DNA of 39,361 nt from Chiloscyllium plagiosum (taxonomy: Eukaryota). Within the stretch, counting starts at the first letter, position 1, and the number at the start of each line of letters is the position of its first letter. The notes under the pieces are model-generated. The model saw only the letters and a program-made list of their open reading frames with translations. It made no database searches and was not told the origin of the DNA. The stretch is from contig NC_057758.1 in NCBI RefSeq assembly GCF_004010195.1, forward strand, positions 9,689,033 to 9,728,393, read 5' to 3'. The position numbers and the translations under genes are program-made. This document shows, one piece after another, positions 13,501 to 25,500 of this stretch.

Positions 13501-16500
13501 GATTGCAGGGACTGGATACTGCAGAAGCTATGGTCTGGCAATTGTACAGCAGACTTGTGCTATAGAACTTGTTGCATCCCTAGACTTGTTTACAAGGACA
13601 GTTACAATATTGGCACCTACTCAACAATGTGACCTAGGACCATTTGTCTTCAAGCGCTTCATCAATGATCTTCCCTCCATCAGAAGGTCAGAATTGAGGT
13701 TGTTCACCAATGATTGTGGAATGTTCAGCACCATTTGCATTTCACGTGCTGAAGCAGTCAATTTCCAAATGCGACAAGACCTAGACAATATCCAAGGTTG
13801 GTCTGAAAAATGGCATGTAGCAGTCACACCACACAAATGTCAGACAATTATCATCTCCCATAAAGGACAATCTACCTACCTTCTCCTGATTTTCAATAGC
13901 ATTGCCATCAATAAATCCACTATTACCAGCATCCTCGGATTTACCATTGACCAGGAATTCAACTCAATGGCCCATGTAAACACTGGTTACAAGAGTCGGT
14001 CAAAGGCTACTGTGTTGTGGACCAGGTCAGACCCATTAAAATATTTTAAGAAGGTAACCTAGACCCTAACTTTGCTTATTTTAAAGACCAGTGTGAAGTG
14101 GATATTCCAGGTGTGATGCAGCTGGTCAAACCACTCGGCTTTAAGCAAAACAGAATTAGTTTAAACAATACATTGATTAGGGATAGTCACCATGGCTTTG
14201 TGAGTGCGAAATCATTTCTCACTAACTTGAATGAGTTTTTTGAAGAAGTAACAAAGAAGATTGATGAGGGCAGAATGGTGGACGTGTTCTATATGGGCTT
14301 CAGTAAGGTGTTTGATAAGGCTCCTCATGATAGATGAGCTAGCAAGGATAGATCGCATGGAATACAGGGAGAACTAGGCATCTGGATACAGAACTGGCTC
14401 GAAGGTAGAAGAGAGAATGTGGAGGTCTGTGACCAGTGGTGTGCCACAAGAATCAGCGCTGGGACCATTGCTTTTTGTCATTTATATACAGTGTAAGTGA
14501 TTGGTTGGTTGTGGACAAGAAGGTATAGTTAGTAAGTTTGCAGAAGACACCAAAATTGTAGGTGTAGTAGACAGCAAAGAAGGTTACCTCAGAGTACAAT
14601 GGGATCATGATCAGATAGGTCAATGGACCGAGGAGTGGCAGATAGAGTTTAATAGAGATAAATGTGAGGTGCTGCATTTTGGAAAGGCAAATCAGGGCAG
14701 GACTTAATGATGAGGTCATGGGGAGTGTTGCAGAACAAAGAAACCGTTTGAGTGCAGGTTCATAGTTCTTTGAAAATGGAGTCGCAGGTAGATAGGATAG
14801 TGAAGAAGGCGTTTGGTATGCTTTCCTTTATTGGATAGAGCATTGTGTATAAGGGTTGGGAGGTCATGTTCAAGGGCATTGGTTAGGCCACTTTTTAAAT
14901 ACTGTGTGCAATTCTGGTCTCCATCCTATCTGAAGGATATTGTGAAACTTGAAAGGGTTCAGAAAAGATTTACAAGAATGTTGCCAGAGTTGGAGGGTTT
15001 GAGTTATAGGGAGAGGCTGAACAGGCTGGGGCTGTTTTCCCTGCAGTGTTGGAGCCTGAGGGGTGATCTTATAGAGATATGTAAAATCATAAGGGGAATC
15101 CATAGGATAAAGAGACAAGGTTCTGGGGTGGGGAAGTCCAGAAGTAGAGAGCTTAGGTTTTGGTTGCGAGGGTAAAAACGTACAAGCGACATAAGAAGCA
15201 ATTTTTTCACATACAGGGTGGTGCGTGTATGTAATGAGCTGCCAGAAGAAATGGTTGAGGCTGGTACAATTACAACATTTAATTGGCATCTGGATGGGTG
15301 TATGAATAGGAAGTTTTCTATGGAGATGGGTCAAATACTGACAAATAGGACTAGATTAGTTTAGGATATCAGGTCGGCATAGATGAGTTGGATCGAAGGG
15401 TATGGCTACAGTTGAAACAGGAACAAAAGAAAACAGAATTTAGAATAAATTAACTATTTGAAAACTCAACCAACTCAATACTGCATCTTAACTAAGGAGC
15501 TGTTCCAACTCCCACAACATCCCATAAACACACCCCTTGGCAAAAGGTAAATTCAAACACAGGTTCTTACAGGCAGGAGAGATTTCAGACCTTGTTCACC
15601 CTAATCCAACACTGGCACCTCCACGTCAACACTTTAAAAATTTACAAGAATTTGATTCCTTCGCCTTTTGAAGAATTGAGATTCAATGACAAGTGCCTTT
15701 GCGAGAAAATAGAAATTCTCCTTATCTATGTCTTAAATGGGCAATCATTCATCTTTAAAAGTGCCCAGATTCCAAGTTTGCCTACAATAGGAACCAAGCT
15801 TCCTGAAGGCAAACTGACAAGATACCTTAACACCTTTCTAGGTTTCAATTCTGTCACTTTATTCTCCATCCTGATAAAAGGGGAGCCAAAATACCTGCCC
15901 AGTCCAAATATTAGATGAGTGAAACAGCTGTAAACAGCCTCCAATGTATTTACATTCTTCATTCCATAAGTAGACCACTACTGTACAAAGTACACAAGTT
16001 CCCTGTATAACTGAAAAATAGGTTTCCGGCATGTACGCTCCATTTCTGATTTATTGCAAGGGGAATGCATTTATTTATTCTGATTTCCCTCTCACCTCAG
16101 AGCTCAGCAAACTGCTACCATTTAGATGCTTGGTTTTCTTATCTGCTAAAATTTCATACATTCTCACGTCATGCTGTGTTTGCCAGAACATAGGCTAAGC
16201 GAGTGGGAAATCAGTATCTGCTTGTAACGTCCCTTTATCATCAGCAAATTCAGCAATCATATGTTCAGTTCCTTCATCCTAGTGATTTATACAATTTGCA
16301 AAGCACTAATCCCAATGGCAGAGCATGTGTTACATATTGCAACAGAGCATGTGCACCATTTGTATTGACTCTGTTACCTGTTCGTTTGCCAATTTTCTAT
16401 CTGTCCCAATGTACTGTCCACAGACCATATCATGTAACATTGAATGTTTGATTTAAGTATTGTAATGCTGCAGTCAGGTCTTTATAATAGTGTTCAGATT

Positions 16501-19500
16501 CTGCATATTTAATATATTTATGCTGTCAATTCAGATACATTATGAAAACCGCATGCATTCACAAACTGCCTTGTTGGTTGTTTTTGTCACCTCTGGCCTG
16601 AATTGCCTGTCACCTAACAAACTCTTTACCTTGCTGCAATGTTGATATCGATTCCCATTATTGCTATCTTCCATTCTTGCTTCATTCTATGTGATTTATC
16701 AGCTCTTTAAAAGCTGATTCTTGGACGGTGCAGCTTTGTTTGAAGTTGTGCAAACCTGTACATACCTGGCAGGATCCTGATACAGTATGAAACCCTGTAG
16801 ACACCTGGCAGGAGTCTGACACTGAAATTCTCTTCGCACACGACAGGATTGAGAGGCACTGTCAAACAGTGTGCAAAGCCAGCAAGATCCTGATACCCTG
16901 GGAAACCCTGTACACACTTGGCTGAATCTTAACCCACTGTGAACCACTATCTGCACCCAGCAGGACCCTGACCACTGTGAAACCCGGCAAATGAAGTTTA
17001 ATATAGTTAAGTGTGAAGTCTTGCATTTTGGAAAGTCAAATCAAAGCAGGAGTTTTATGGTGAATGGTAGGGCTTTAAGGAGTGTCATGGAACAGAGGGA
17101 CCTTGGAGTTCAGATGCACTGGGTCTCTGAAAGAGGAGTCACAGGTAGAGAGCTGTGAAGGAGGTCTTTAGCACACTGGCCTTCATCAATCAAGACATTG
17201 AGTTTAAAAGTTGGGAAGTTATGTTGCAGTTGTACAGGATGTTGGTGAGGCCGCACTTGGAATATTGTGTTCAGCTTTGGTCACCTTGCCATAGGAAGGA
17301 TGTTATTAAACTGGAATGAGTGCAGAAGACATTTACAAGGATGTTGCCAGGACTCAAGGGTTTGAATTGTCGGGAGAGGTTGGATAAGCTAGAACGTTTT
17401 TCTTTCGAGTATAGGAGCATGAGGGGAGATCTTACAGAAGTGCATAAGATCATGAGAGGCATGAATAGGGTGAATGCACTCTGTCTTTTTCCCAAGAACG
17501 AGAACGAGAGTACATCAATTTAAGGTTAGCGAGGAAAGAATAAAAGGGAACCTTAGGGGCAATGTTTTTACAGAGTGGTACGCACTTAAAATGAGCTGCC
17601 GGCAGATGTAGTTGAGGCGTGTGCATTAACAGCATTTAAAAAGTATTTGGAGAAGTACATGGATAGGAAAGGATTATAAGGGTATGGGTCAAGTACAGGG
17701 AAATGGGGTTAGTGTGGATGGACATTTTAGTCAGCATGGACCAGTTTGGGCCAAAGGGCCTTCTCCGTGCGGTAGGACTATGACTTTGTGACCCGTTGTG
17801 GACACCTGGCAAGATAATTTTGTTCATTTTGAGTCCATTTACTGAATATTATTATTAATGCTTTGCTATCTGTCAATATGAATACACATAGAGTACCTCA
17901 AACTCCCTCATTCTTCCCTTTTCTTCTCTTATCCTTTTTATTTCCTTTTGACAACTGATTGAGATTCGGGTAATAGCCCTGATAATAGTCCAGTAACTTG
18001 AAACAGCAGCAATTTAACAATTCTTTCTACACTGTTCTCAAACCTACAGTGTGTTCTGTGTTACAGATGAATTGGCCTCGTTCTGAATCAGCATTAATTT
18101 AACGTTTGACTGTTTGTAGTCTGTTCAATCCAAGTATAAACTATCCCCCAGATGAACCATCTTGCACCACCATGTATAGACCAAGGTGTGGGCATGCTTT
18201 TCATTACTTACTTACCAGGAAGATGACTATATTACAATTGCTGGCAGTGGAAATGTGGGTTCTGTAATTATTCTGGAACTGAAGGACTATGGAGATCTTT
18301 TCAGACTGCAGGACTGGAGTAAGTTACAGAGATAGGGAGCTTAGATTATTTACAGTGTGGAAACAGGCCCTTCGGGCCAACAAGTCCATACCGACCCTCC
18401 GAAGCGCAACCCACCCAGACCCATTCCCCTACATTAACCCCTTCTCCTAGCACTGCGGGCAATTTAGCATGGCCAATTCACCTAACCTGCACGTTTTTTG
18501 GACTGTGGGAGGAAACCGGAGCACCCGGAGGAAACCCACGCAGACACGGGGAGAATGTGCAAACTCCACACAGTCAGTCGCCTGAGGCGGGAATTGAACC
18601 CAGGTCTCTGGCGCTGTGAGGCAGCAGTGCTAACCACTGTGCCACCGTGCCGCCCACGGCTGTCCCCTGGCTAGAGGTTATTTTTGAAAAATATGTACAA
18701 TTTTTGAACTGAGATGTTGTCAAATCAAGAGGTAGCATTGAACAGTAAGTGCAAGTGAAATGAGTGAACATGTGAATTAAGATGTGTGGTTACTGATTGC
18801 CGTTTCCTACACATTTAAAGAAGGTGCATGTTGAGATGTGGACCAGGAGAGGATTCAAGGCTCAAGATAACAAAAAGACTCTGATGGATTCATCAGCAGA
18901 TAGCAGCAGTTCATCCCTGTAATACAAACATGAAGGTTAACAGCGAAGGAAATTACGTGGGTCTGAAATTTCCGGGAATAGTGGAAATGGTACTTGGAAT
19001 GCAACCTACACATGCTGTCATTTTATTACTTTTCTATGACACAGATATCTGTGTGAGCTTCCAAAGTCTCATTGAACTAGCAGTGGAAATTCTATCCACC
19101 CACAGGCTGTTTCTCTTCCAAACATATTATCGTATAGCCTACCCAAAGTCTGTCTCAATTATATGTGTAAGGAGACACTCAAATGCTCCAAACTAAAATA
19201 TTATTCCAGAAAGGAAAAAAAGATTGAGAGAGAGAAGTAAAAACACCCATGTATAAGCATAGAATTTAAGGCTATATAAGGAGAAAAACTAAGACATACG
19301 ACATTGCAAAGGGGAGTGGCACATTAGAAATTTGGGAACTTCCCAAAAACAAATAAAAAAGAGCAAAGGTAAATTATGGAAGAAAACTAAGTGCAAAATG
19401 TAAAACTGAATAGCAAAAGCTTCTTTAAGTATTTAAACAGAAGACAATAGCTTAAATGAGGAGGAAAAGTGAAGTCTGCAGAAAGTAGGAAATCGTGGAC

Positions 19501-22500
19501 CAGTTAGTTCAATATGTGTCCATCAGAATCAACAGGCTTTCTAAAGGGTAAATCATAATTGACTGATTTTGCGAGAGTTCCTCTAATAAGTTTGCGTCAC
19601 AGCTGGTTAGGTTGTTTAAAAAGGTGTTCAGCACGCATGCCTTTATTGCTTAGTCTTTTGAGTAAAGGAGTTGGGAAAAAGTGAGGACTGCAGATGCTGG
19701 AGATTAGAGTTGAAAAGTATGGCACTGGAAAAGCACAGCAGGTCAGACAGCATCCTTGGAGCAGGAGAATTGACATTTCAGGCATCAGCCCTTCTTCAGG
19801 AATGTGGGTGTTTTGGGAGGTGGAAGGGAGGTGCGAGATAAATAGAAGGGTGAGTAGGGGTGAGGTAGCTGGGAAGGTGATAGGTACATGCAGGTTGGGA
19901 GGGATGAAGGTGATAGGCCAGAGGGGAGGGAGGAGCAGATAGATGGGAAGGAAGATGGACAGGTAGGACAGTTCAAGAGGGCAGTGTGGAGTTGGAAATA
20001 TTATTAAGCTCGAGAGAATTCCGAAGGGATGAACCAGGATGTTGCCAGGTATGGTAGGTTTGACTTATAAAGAGAGGCTGAATGGCCTCGGACTTTTTTC
20101 ACTGGAGTGTAAGAGGTTGAGAAGTGACCTTATGGAAGTGTATGAAATCATGAAAGGTGTATATAGGCTTTTACCTAGATAGGGACTGGAAGATGAAGGG
20201 GCATGTTTTTAAGATTAGAGGAGGGAATTTTTTTTACAGAGGGTGGTTTGAGTGTGGAATGTACTTCCATCAGAAGTGGTGGATGTGAACACAGTTGCAA
20301 TGTTTCATAGACACTTAGCAAAGCACATGAATCCAAAACGTTTGGAAGGATATGGACCAGGAGCAGGCGGGTGGGACTAGTTTAGTTTGGCAGTGACTGG
20401 TTGGACCGAAGGGTCTGTTTCCATTCTGTATGACTCTAATAACAAGCAAAGTGAATAATTGAGATTCTGTAGATCTAGTATTTGGACTTCAAGAAGGCAT
20501 TTGATAAGGTGCCCCACAAAAGGTTTAAACACAAGGTGAAATCACATGGGGTTTGAGCTAATTTATTAGCTTGGAAACAAGATTGGCTAATCAACAGCAA
20601 GCAGAAAGTCTAGATAAATGGGGCTTTTTTCTGGTTAGCAAGACTTAACTCGTGGTGTACCACAAGATTTGGTCAACGGGCCCTAACTATTTACAAACTA
20701 TCTTGACAACTTAGATGCAGGGATAAAAAGTAAGAAGGCTATATTTGTAGGCCACACTAAAATAGATGGGAAACTTAGAATGAAGAAAGAAGATTTTTAT
20801 GAATGGATATGGATAAATTAAGTGAATGGACCAAACTTTGGCAGGTGAAGCTGAACATGGATAAGTGTGAGGTTATCCATTTTGATCAGGAGAATAGAAA
20901 GACAGATTATTATCTAAATTGAGAGAAACTTAAGGAAAACTCAGTTTTTTTTCTCTGTGGAGAAGCGAAGGTTGAAGGGAGACTTGATGGAAATATATTA
21001 AACCATGTGAGACATAGATAGTCTTGACGGTCAGAATCTTTTTCCCAGAGTTGAAATGACTATAAGTAGGGGTATGCATTTAACGTGAGGGGGGAAAGTT
21101 CAAAGGAGATGAGCGGGGCAAGATTCTTACACAGATATGTAGGTGTATGGAATGCACTGCCCGGGGTGGGGGTGGAGGCAGATACAATAGGGGCCTTTAA
21201 GAGACTTTTAGTTAAGCATATGAATCTTGAAGGGAATGGAGGGATGTGGACCAAGGACAGGCAGATGGGATTATGTATCATTTTCAGCACAACATTGTGC
21301 ACTGAAAGGCCCATTCCTGTGCTGTAATGTTCTATGTTCTAGTGCTTATGTAGCCCCATTCCAAGTTACTGAGGGAAGTGACAGAGGAAATAGCTAGGGC
21401 GTTAACAAATACCTTTGCAGCACGGGTGAGGTACTGGAGGACTGGAGAATTATTAATGTCCCCTTGTTTAAGAAGAGGAGCAGGGATAATCTAGGTATTT
21501 ATAGACTGGTGAGCATGATATCAGTGGTAGGGAAGTTGCTGGAGAAGATACTAAAGGATAGCATCTATTCCCATTTGGAAGAAAATGAACTTATCAGTGA
21601 TAGGCAACATGGTTTTCTGCAGGGAAGGTCATGTCTTAACCACATAATAGAATTCTTTGAGGAAGTGACAACGTTGATTGATGAGGGAAGGGTTGTAGAT
21701 GTCATGTACATGGACTTCAGAATGCATTTGATAAGGTTCCCCATGGTAGGCTGATGCAGAAAGCAAAGTCGCATGGGGTCCAGGGTGTACTAGCTAGAGT
21801 GATAAAGAATTTGCTGGGCAACAGGAGAAAAAGAGCAGTAGTGGAAGGGTGTTTCTCAAAATGGAGAACTGTGACCAGTGTTGTTCCACAGGGATCCATG
21901 TTGGGAACATTGTTAAAAATCACACAACACCAGGTGATAGTCCAACAGGTTTAATTGGAAGGACACTAGCTTTCGGAGCGACGCTCCTTCATCAGGTGGT
22001 TGTGGGGGACACAATTGTAAGACACAGAATTTACAGCAAAATTTCTTTAAATTCTGTCTTACAATTGTGTCCTCCACAACCACCTGATGAAGGAGCGGCG
22101 CTCCGAAAGCTAGTGTCCTTCCAATTAAACCTGTTGGACTTTCACCTGGTGTTGTGTGATTTTTAACTTTGCACACCCCAGTCCAACACCAGCATCTCCA
22201 AATCATGGGAACATTGTTGTTTGTGATATACATAAATGATCTAGAGGAAGGTATAGGTGGTCTGATGACACCTAAGATTTGCAGATGACACCTAAGATTG
22301 ATGGAGAAGCAGATATTGAAGGAGACTGTCGAAGAATATGGATAGATTGGAGATTTGAACGAAGAAATGGCAGATGAAGTTCAGTCCAAGCAAATGCGAA
22401 GTGATGCGTTTTGGAAGATTCAATTCAAGAGCAAATTATACAGTAAATGGAAAAGTCTTGGGGAAAATTCATGTACAGAGCGATCTGGGTGTTCAGGTCC

Positions 22501-25500
22501 ATTATTCCCTGAAGGTGGCAACACAGGTCAATAGAGTGGTCAAGAAGGCATATGGCATGCTTTCCTTCATTGGACAGGGTATTGAGTGAAAGATATGGCA
22601 GGTTACGTGACAGTTGTATAAGACTTTGGTTCATCCACATTTGGAATACTGCGTACAGTTCTGGTCGGTACATTACCAAAAGGATGTGGATGCTTTGGAG
22701 TGGGTGCAAAAGAGGTTCACCAGGATGTTGCCTAGTACGGAGGGTGCTAGCTCTAAAGAAAGGTTTATTTTCATTAGGATTAGGATTATTTTCATTAGAA
22801 AGGTGGAGGTTGAGGGGGAACCTGATTAAGGTCTACAAAATCATAAGAGGTATACACAGGGTGGATAGCCAGAAGCTTTTTCTCGGAGTGTCGGACTCGA
22901 TTACTAGGGTCACGGGTTCAAGGTGAGAGTGGGAAATGTTCGAGAGATATGCATGGCAAGTTCTTTACACAGAGGCTGGTGGGTGCCTCGAACACGTTGC
23001 CAGTGGAGGTGGTAGAGGCAGAGGCAGGCACAATAGAGTCATTTAAGATGCATGAATTGGCAGGAAGCAGAGGGATACAGATCCTTAGAAATAGGTGACA
23101 GGTTTAGAAAGAGGTTCTGAATCGGCGCAGGCTTGGAGCGCTGAAGGGCCTGTTGCTGTGCTGTAATTTTTCTTTGTTCTTCTGGGTGTCATCATGCATG
23201 AATCATAAGAAACTTGTATGTGGATACAGCAGATAATGAGAGGCGCAAATGGAATAGACAGGATAGATAGATATAAGCTTTTTCCTTAGGTGAGGGATTC
23301 AATAATAAGAGGTGAGAGGTGAAAAGTTTAAGGGGGATATACGTGGCAAGTACTTTATACAGAGGGCGGTAGGTGCCTGGAATGCATTGCCAGCAGAGGT
23401 AGTATTCATTTAAGGTGCGTCTGGACAGATGCATGAGTAGGTGGGGATACAGATGCTTAGGAATTGGGCAATATGTTTAGACAGTGGATTTAGGTCAGCT
23501 CAGGCTTGGAGGGATGAAGCACCTGCTCCTGGGCTGTAAATTTTCTTTGTTCTCTTTGTTCTTTGGAATTTTGGCATGTATTGCTAAAGGAATAAAATGT
23601 AAAAGTAAGAAAGCATTGCTGCAACTGTTTGAGGCATTAGTGAGACCTCATCTGGAGTAGTGCATACAACTTTGGTCACCTTACTTTATGGATTTATTTT
23701 ACTTGGAGCACTCCAGAGAAGGTTCACGAGATGGATTTCAGATAGGTGAGGTTTGTCTTATGAAGGCAGATTGAGCAGTACAAGTATATTATCCGGAATT
23801 AGAAAAATGAGAGGAGATCTAATTGACGTGATACTGAAGGGGATTGTCAAAATACATCGAGAGGATGCTTCCTTGTGGGGCAATCTAATGAGAGGTCATA
23901 GTTTTAGGATACATATAGCGCAATTAAAATCACGATGAGCAGTCAACATAATCGAAGACCCTTCCAACCCAGTATTGCTCTTCCATCCTCTTCCATCAGG
24001 CAGGAGATACAAAAATTTGAAAACACATACCAATAGATTCAAGCACAGCTTCTTCCCTGCTGTTTTCAAACTTATGAACAGACCTCACAATATTCAAGTT
24101 AATCTTTCCCTGCACATTCTGTGCAGCTGTGACATTGTATTCTACAATGTTTCTCTGATGTATTTCTGTAAACTATTTGTCTGGTTAGCATGCAACACAA
24201 TACTTTTCTCCGTATCTTAGTACATATGACGATAGTGAATCAAATCATCAAATCAATTACTTCTCTCGAATGATTGAAAATCAACGGAATTCACAATCCT
24301 AGAGTGAGGTGGATGCAGGGACAGTGAATAAATTAGGAGATTAAGAAAGAAAATCATATTTGTTCAAATTTCCATGATCAATAGAAATTTGAATCAAAAC
24401 TTTTTTGCCATCACTGACTTTCAATTGAGATTTCAAAAACATTTACATTCCTAGACCCACTTGGGTTAAATCTGTGACTTAAATTTTGTAACATTTTATC
24501 ATGTCATGAAATAGCATTGAGAACTACTTTTAATAACATTGCAACTAACATTGAGAATCACTTCCTCCCTGTTCGAATTACAGTTCTTCAACAGAAACAC
24601 AAGGAGACGCTACAGATCCAAACAGAAACGCTGAGAGTGAACACGATCCAAATAAAAGAGAAAGTGAAGACTTTCCAGCTGGTTGATCGGTATGCTGAGC
24701 TAACGATCATTTCTACTGTTCGGGATCGAACCCTTGTAGAACATGAACTGCTGGCAAGAGGCCGAGACCATGAAGAGTGGAGAGAGAAACACCTCTGGAG
24801 AGAACTGGAAAAAATCCAAACTGATCAGTTGTTCCAGAGCAACTTTTCCCAGAAAAAGTTCACTTCTGGGAGAACAGTGGCAGTGAGTGGGGTCCCAGGG
24901 ATTGGAAAAACAACAATGCTCCAAAAGATAGTTTATGACTGGGCCACCGGGAAAATCTACCAACACTTTCAATTTGTTTTCTATTTCAAGTTCCGAGATT
25001 TGAACACTATTAACTGTAGTATAAACCTGAAGAATCTGATACTGGAACAGTATCCTTATTTTCAGAATGTTCTGGGAAATCTTTGGAAGAACCCAGAGAA
25101 TTTACTGTTTATATTTGATAGTTTGGATGAATTCAGGGAGAGGATAGATTTTTCTGACAACCTGAGGCCTCAGTCTGTATGCACAGATCCCGAATATTGG
25201 TGTGAAGTGTCTGACATTGTGTACAGTTTAATCCAACACAAGCTGCTTCCAGGGTGCTCAGTGTTGGTGACCACTCGTCCGACTGACTTAGTTTTATTGG
25301 AAAAGGCTGAAATCAGTATGTGGGCTGAAATCCTGGGATTTGCTGATGATGATCGGAAGGAATATTTCAACAAGTTTTTTGAAGATCAGACAGTGGCAGC
25401 AGCTATTTATAACCACCTGAAGGAGAACGAAATCTTGTACACCATGAGCTATAACCCTTCGTACTGCTGGATCCTCTGTCTATCACTGGGTCCCTTCCTT

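Larger units (their letters stand above)
21912..22205. mobile_element. Palindromic non-autonomous PLE-type element with a hammerhead on each strand and TSD
   Basis: Inverted arms 21912-22033 and 22048-22167, 14-bp spacer, unique tail 22168-22205; TGGGAACATTGTT repeated at 21902-21914 and 22206-22218; interrupts the CR1 [18 protein letters not shown] motif. Confidence 0.9.
19200..24345 (+). mobile_element. Cluster of stacked/nested CR1 fragments (~19200-20935, 20005-20440, 20940-21342, 21350-23185, 23215-23565, 23565-24345)
   Basis: Repeated CR1 ORF2 motifs ([59 protein letters not shown]) and several 3' tails. Confidence 0.85.

Noticed and set aside
16750..16990. CRISPR-like array
   Set aside because: Eukaryotic context, no unique spacers, units highly diverged, no cas genes.
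21912..22167. Palindrome as a DNA-transposon MITE, pre-miRNA or assembly artefact
   Set aside because: Asymmetric tail outside the inverted repeat, 10-13-bp TSD, hammerhead core and an independent second copy favour a PLE-type retroelement.
24517..24583. N-terminal part of the 599-aa ORF as a single-exon gene start
   Set aside because: Starts at TTG in AT-rich intron sequence; a good acceptor at 24582-24583 in the right phase explains the real exon start.
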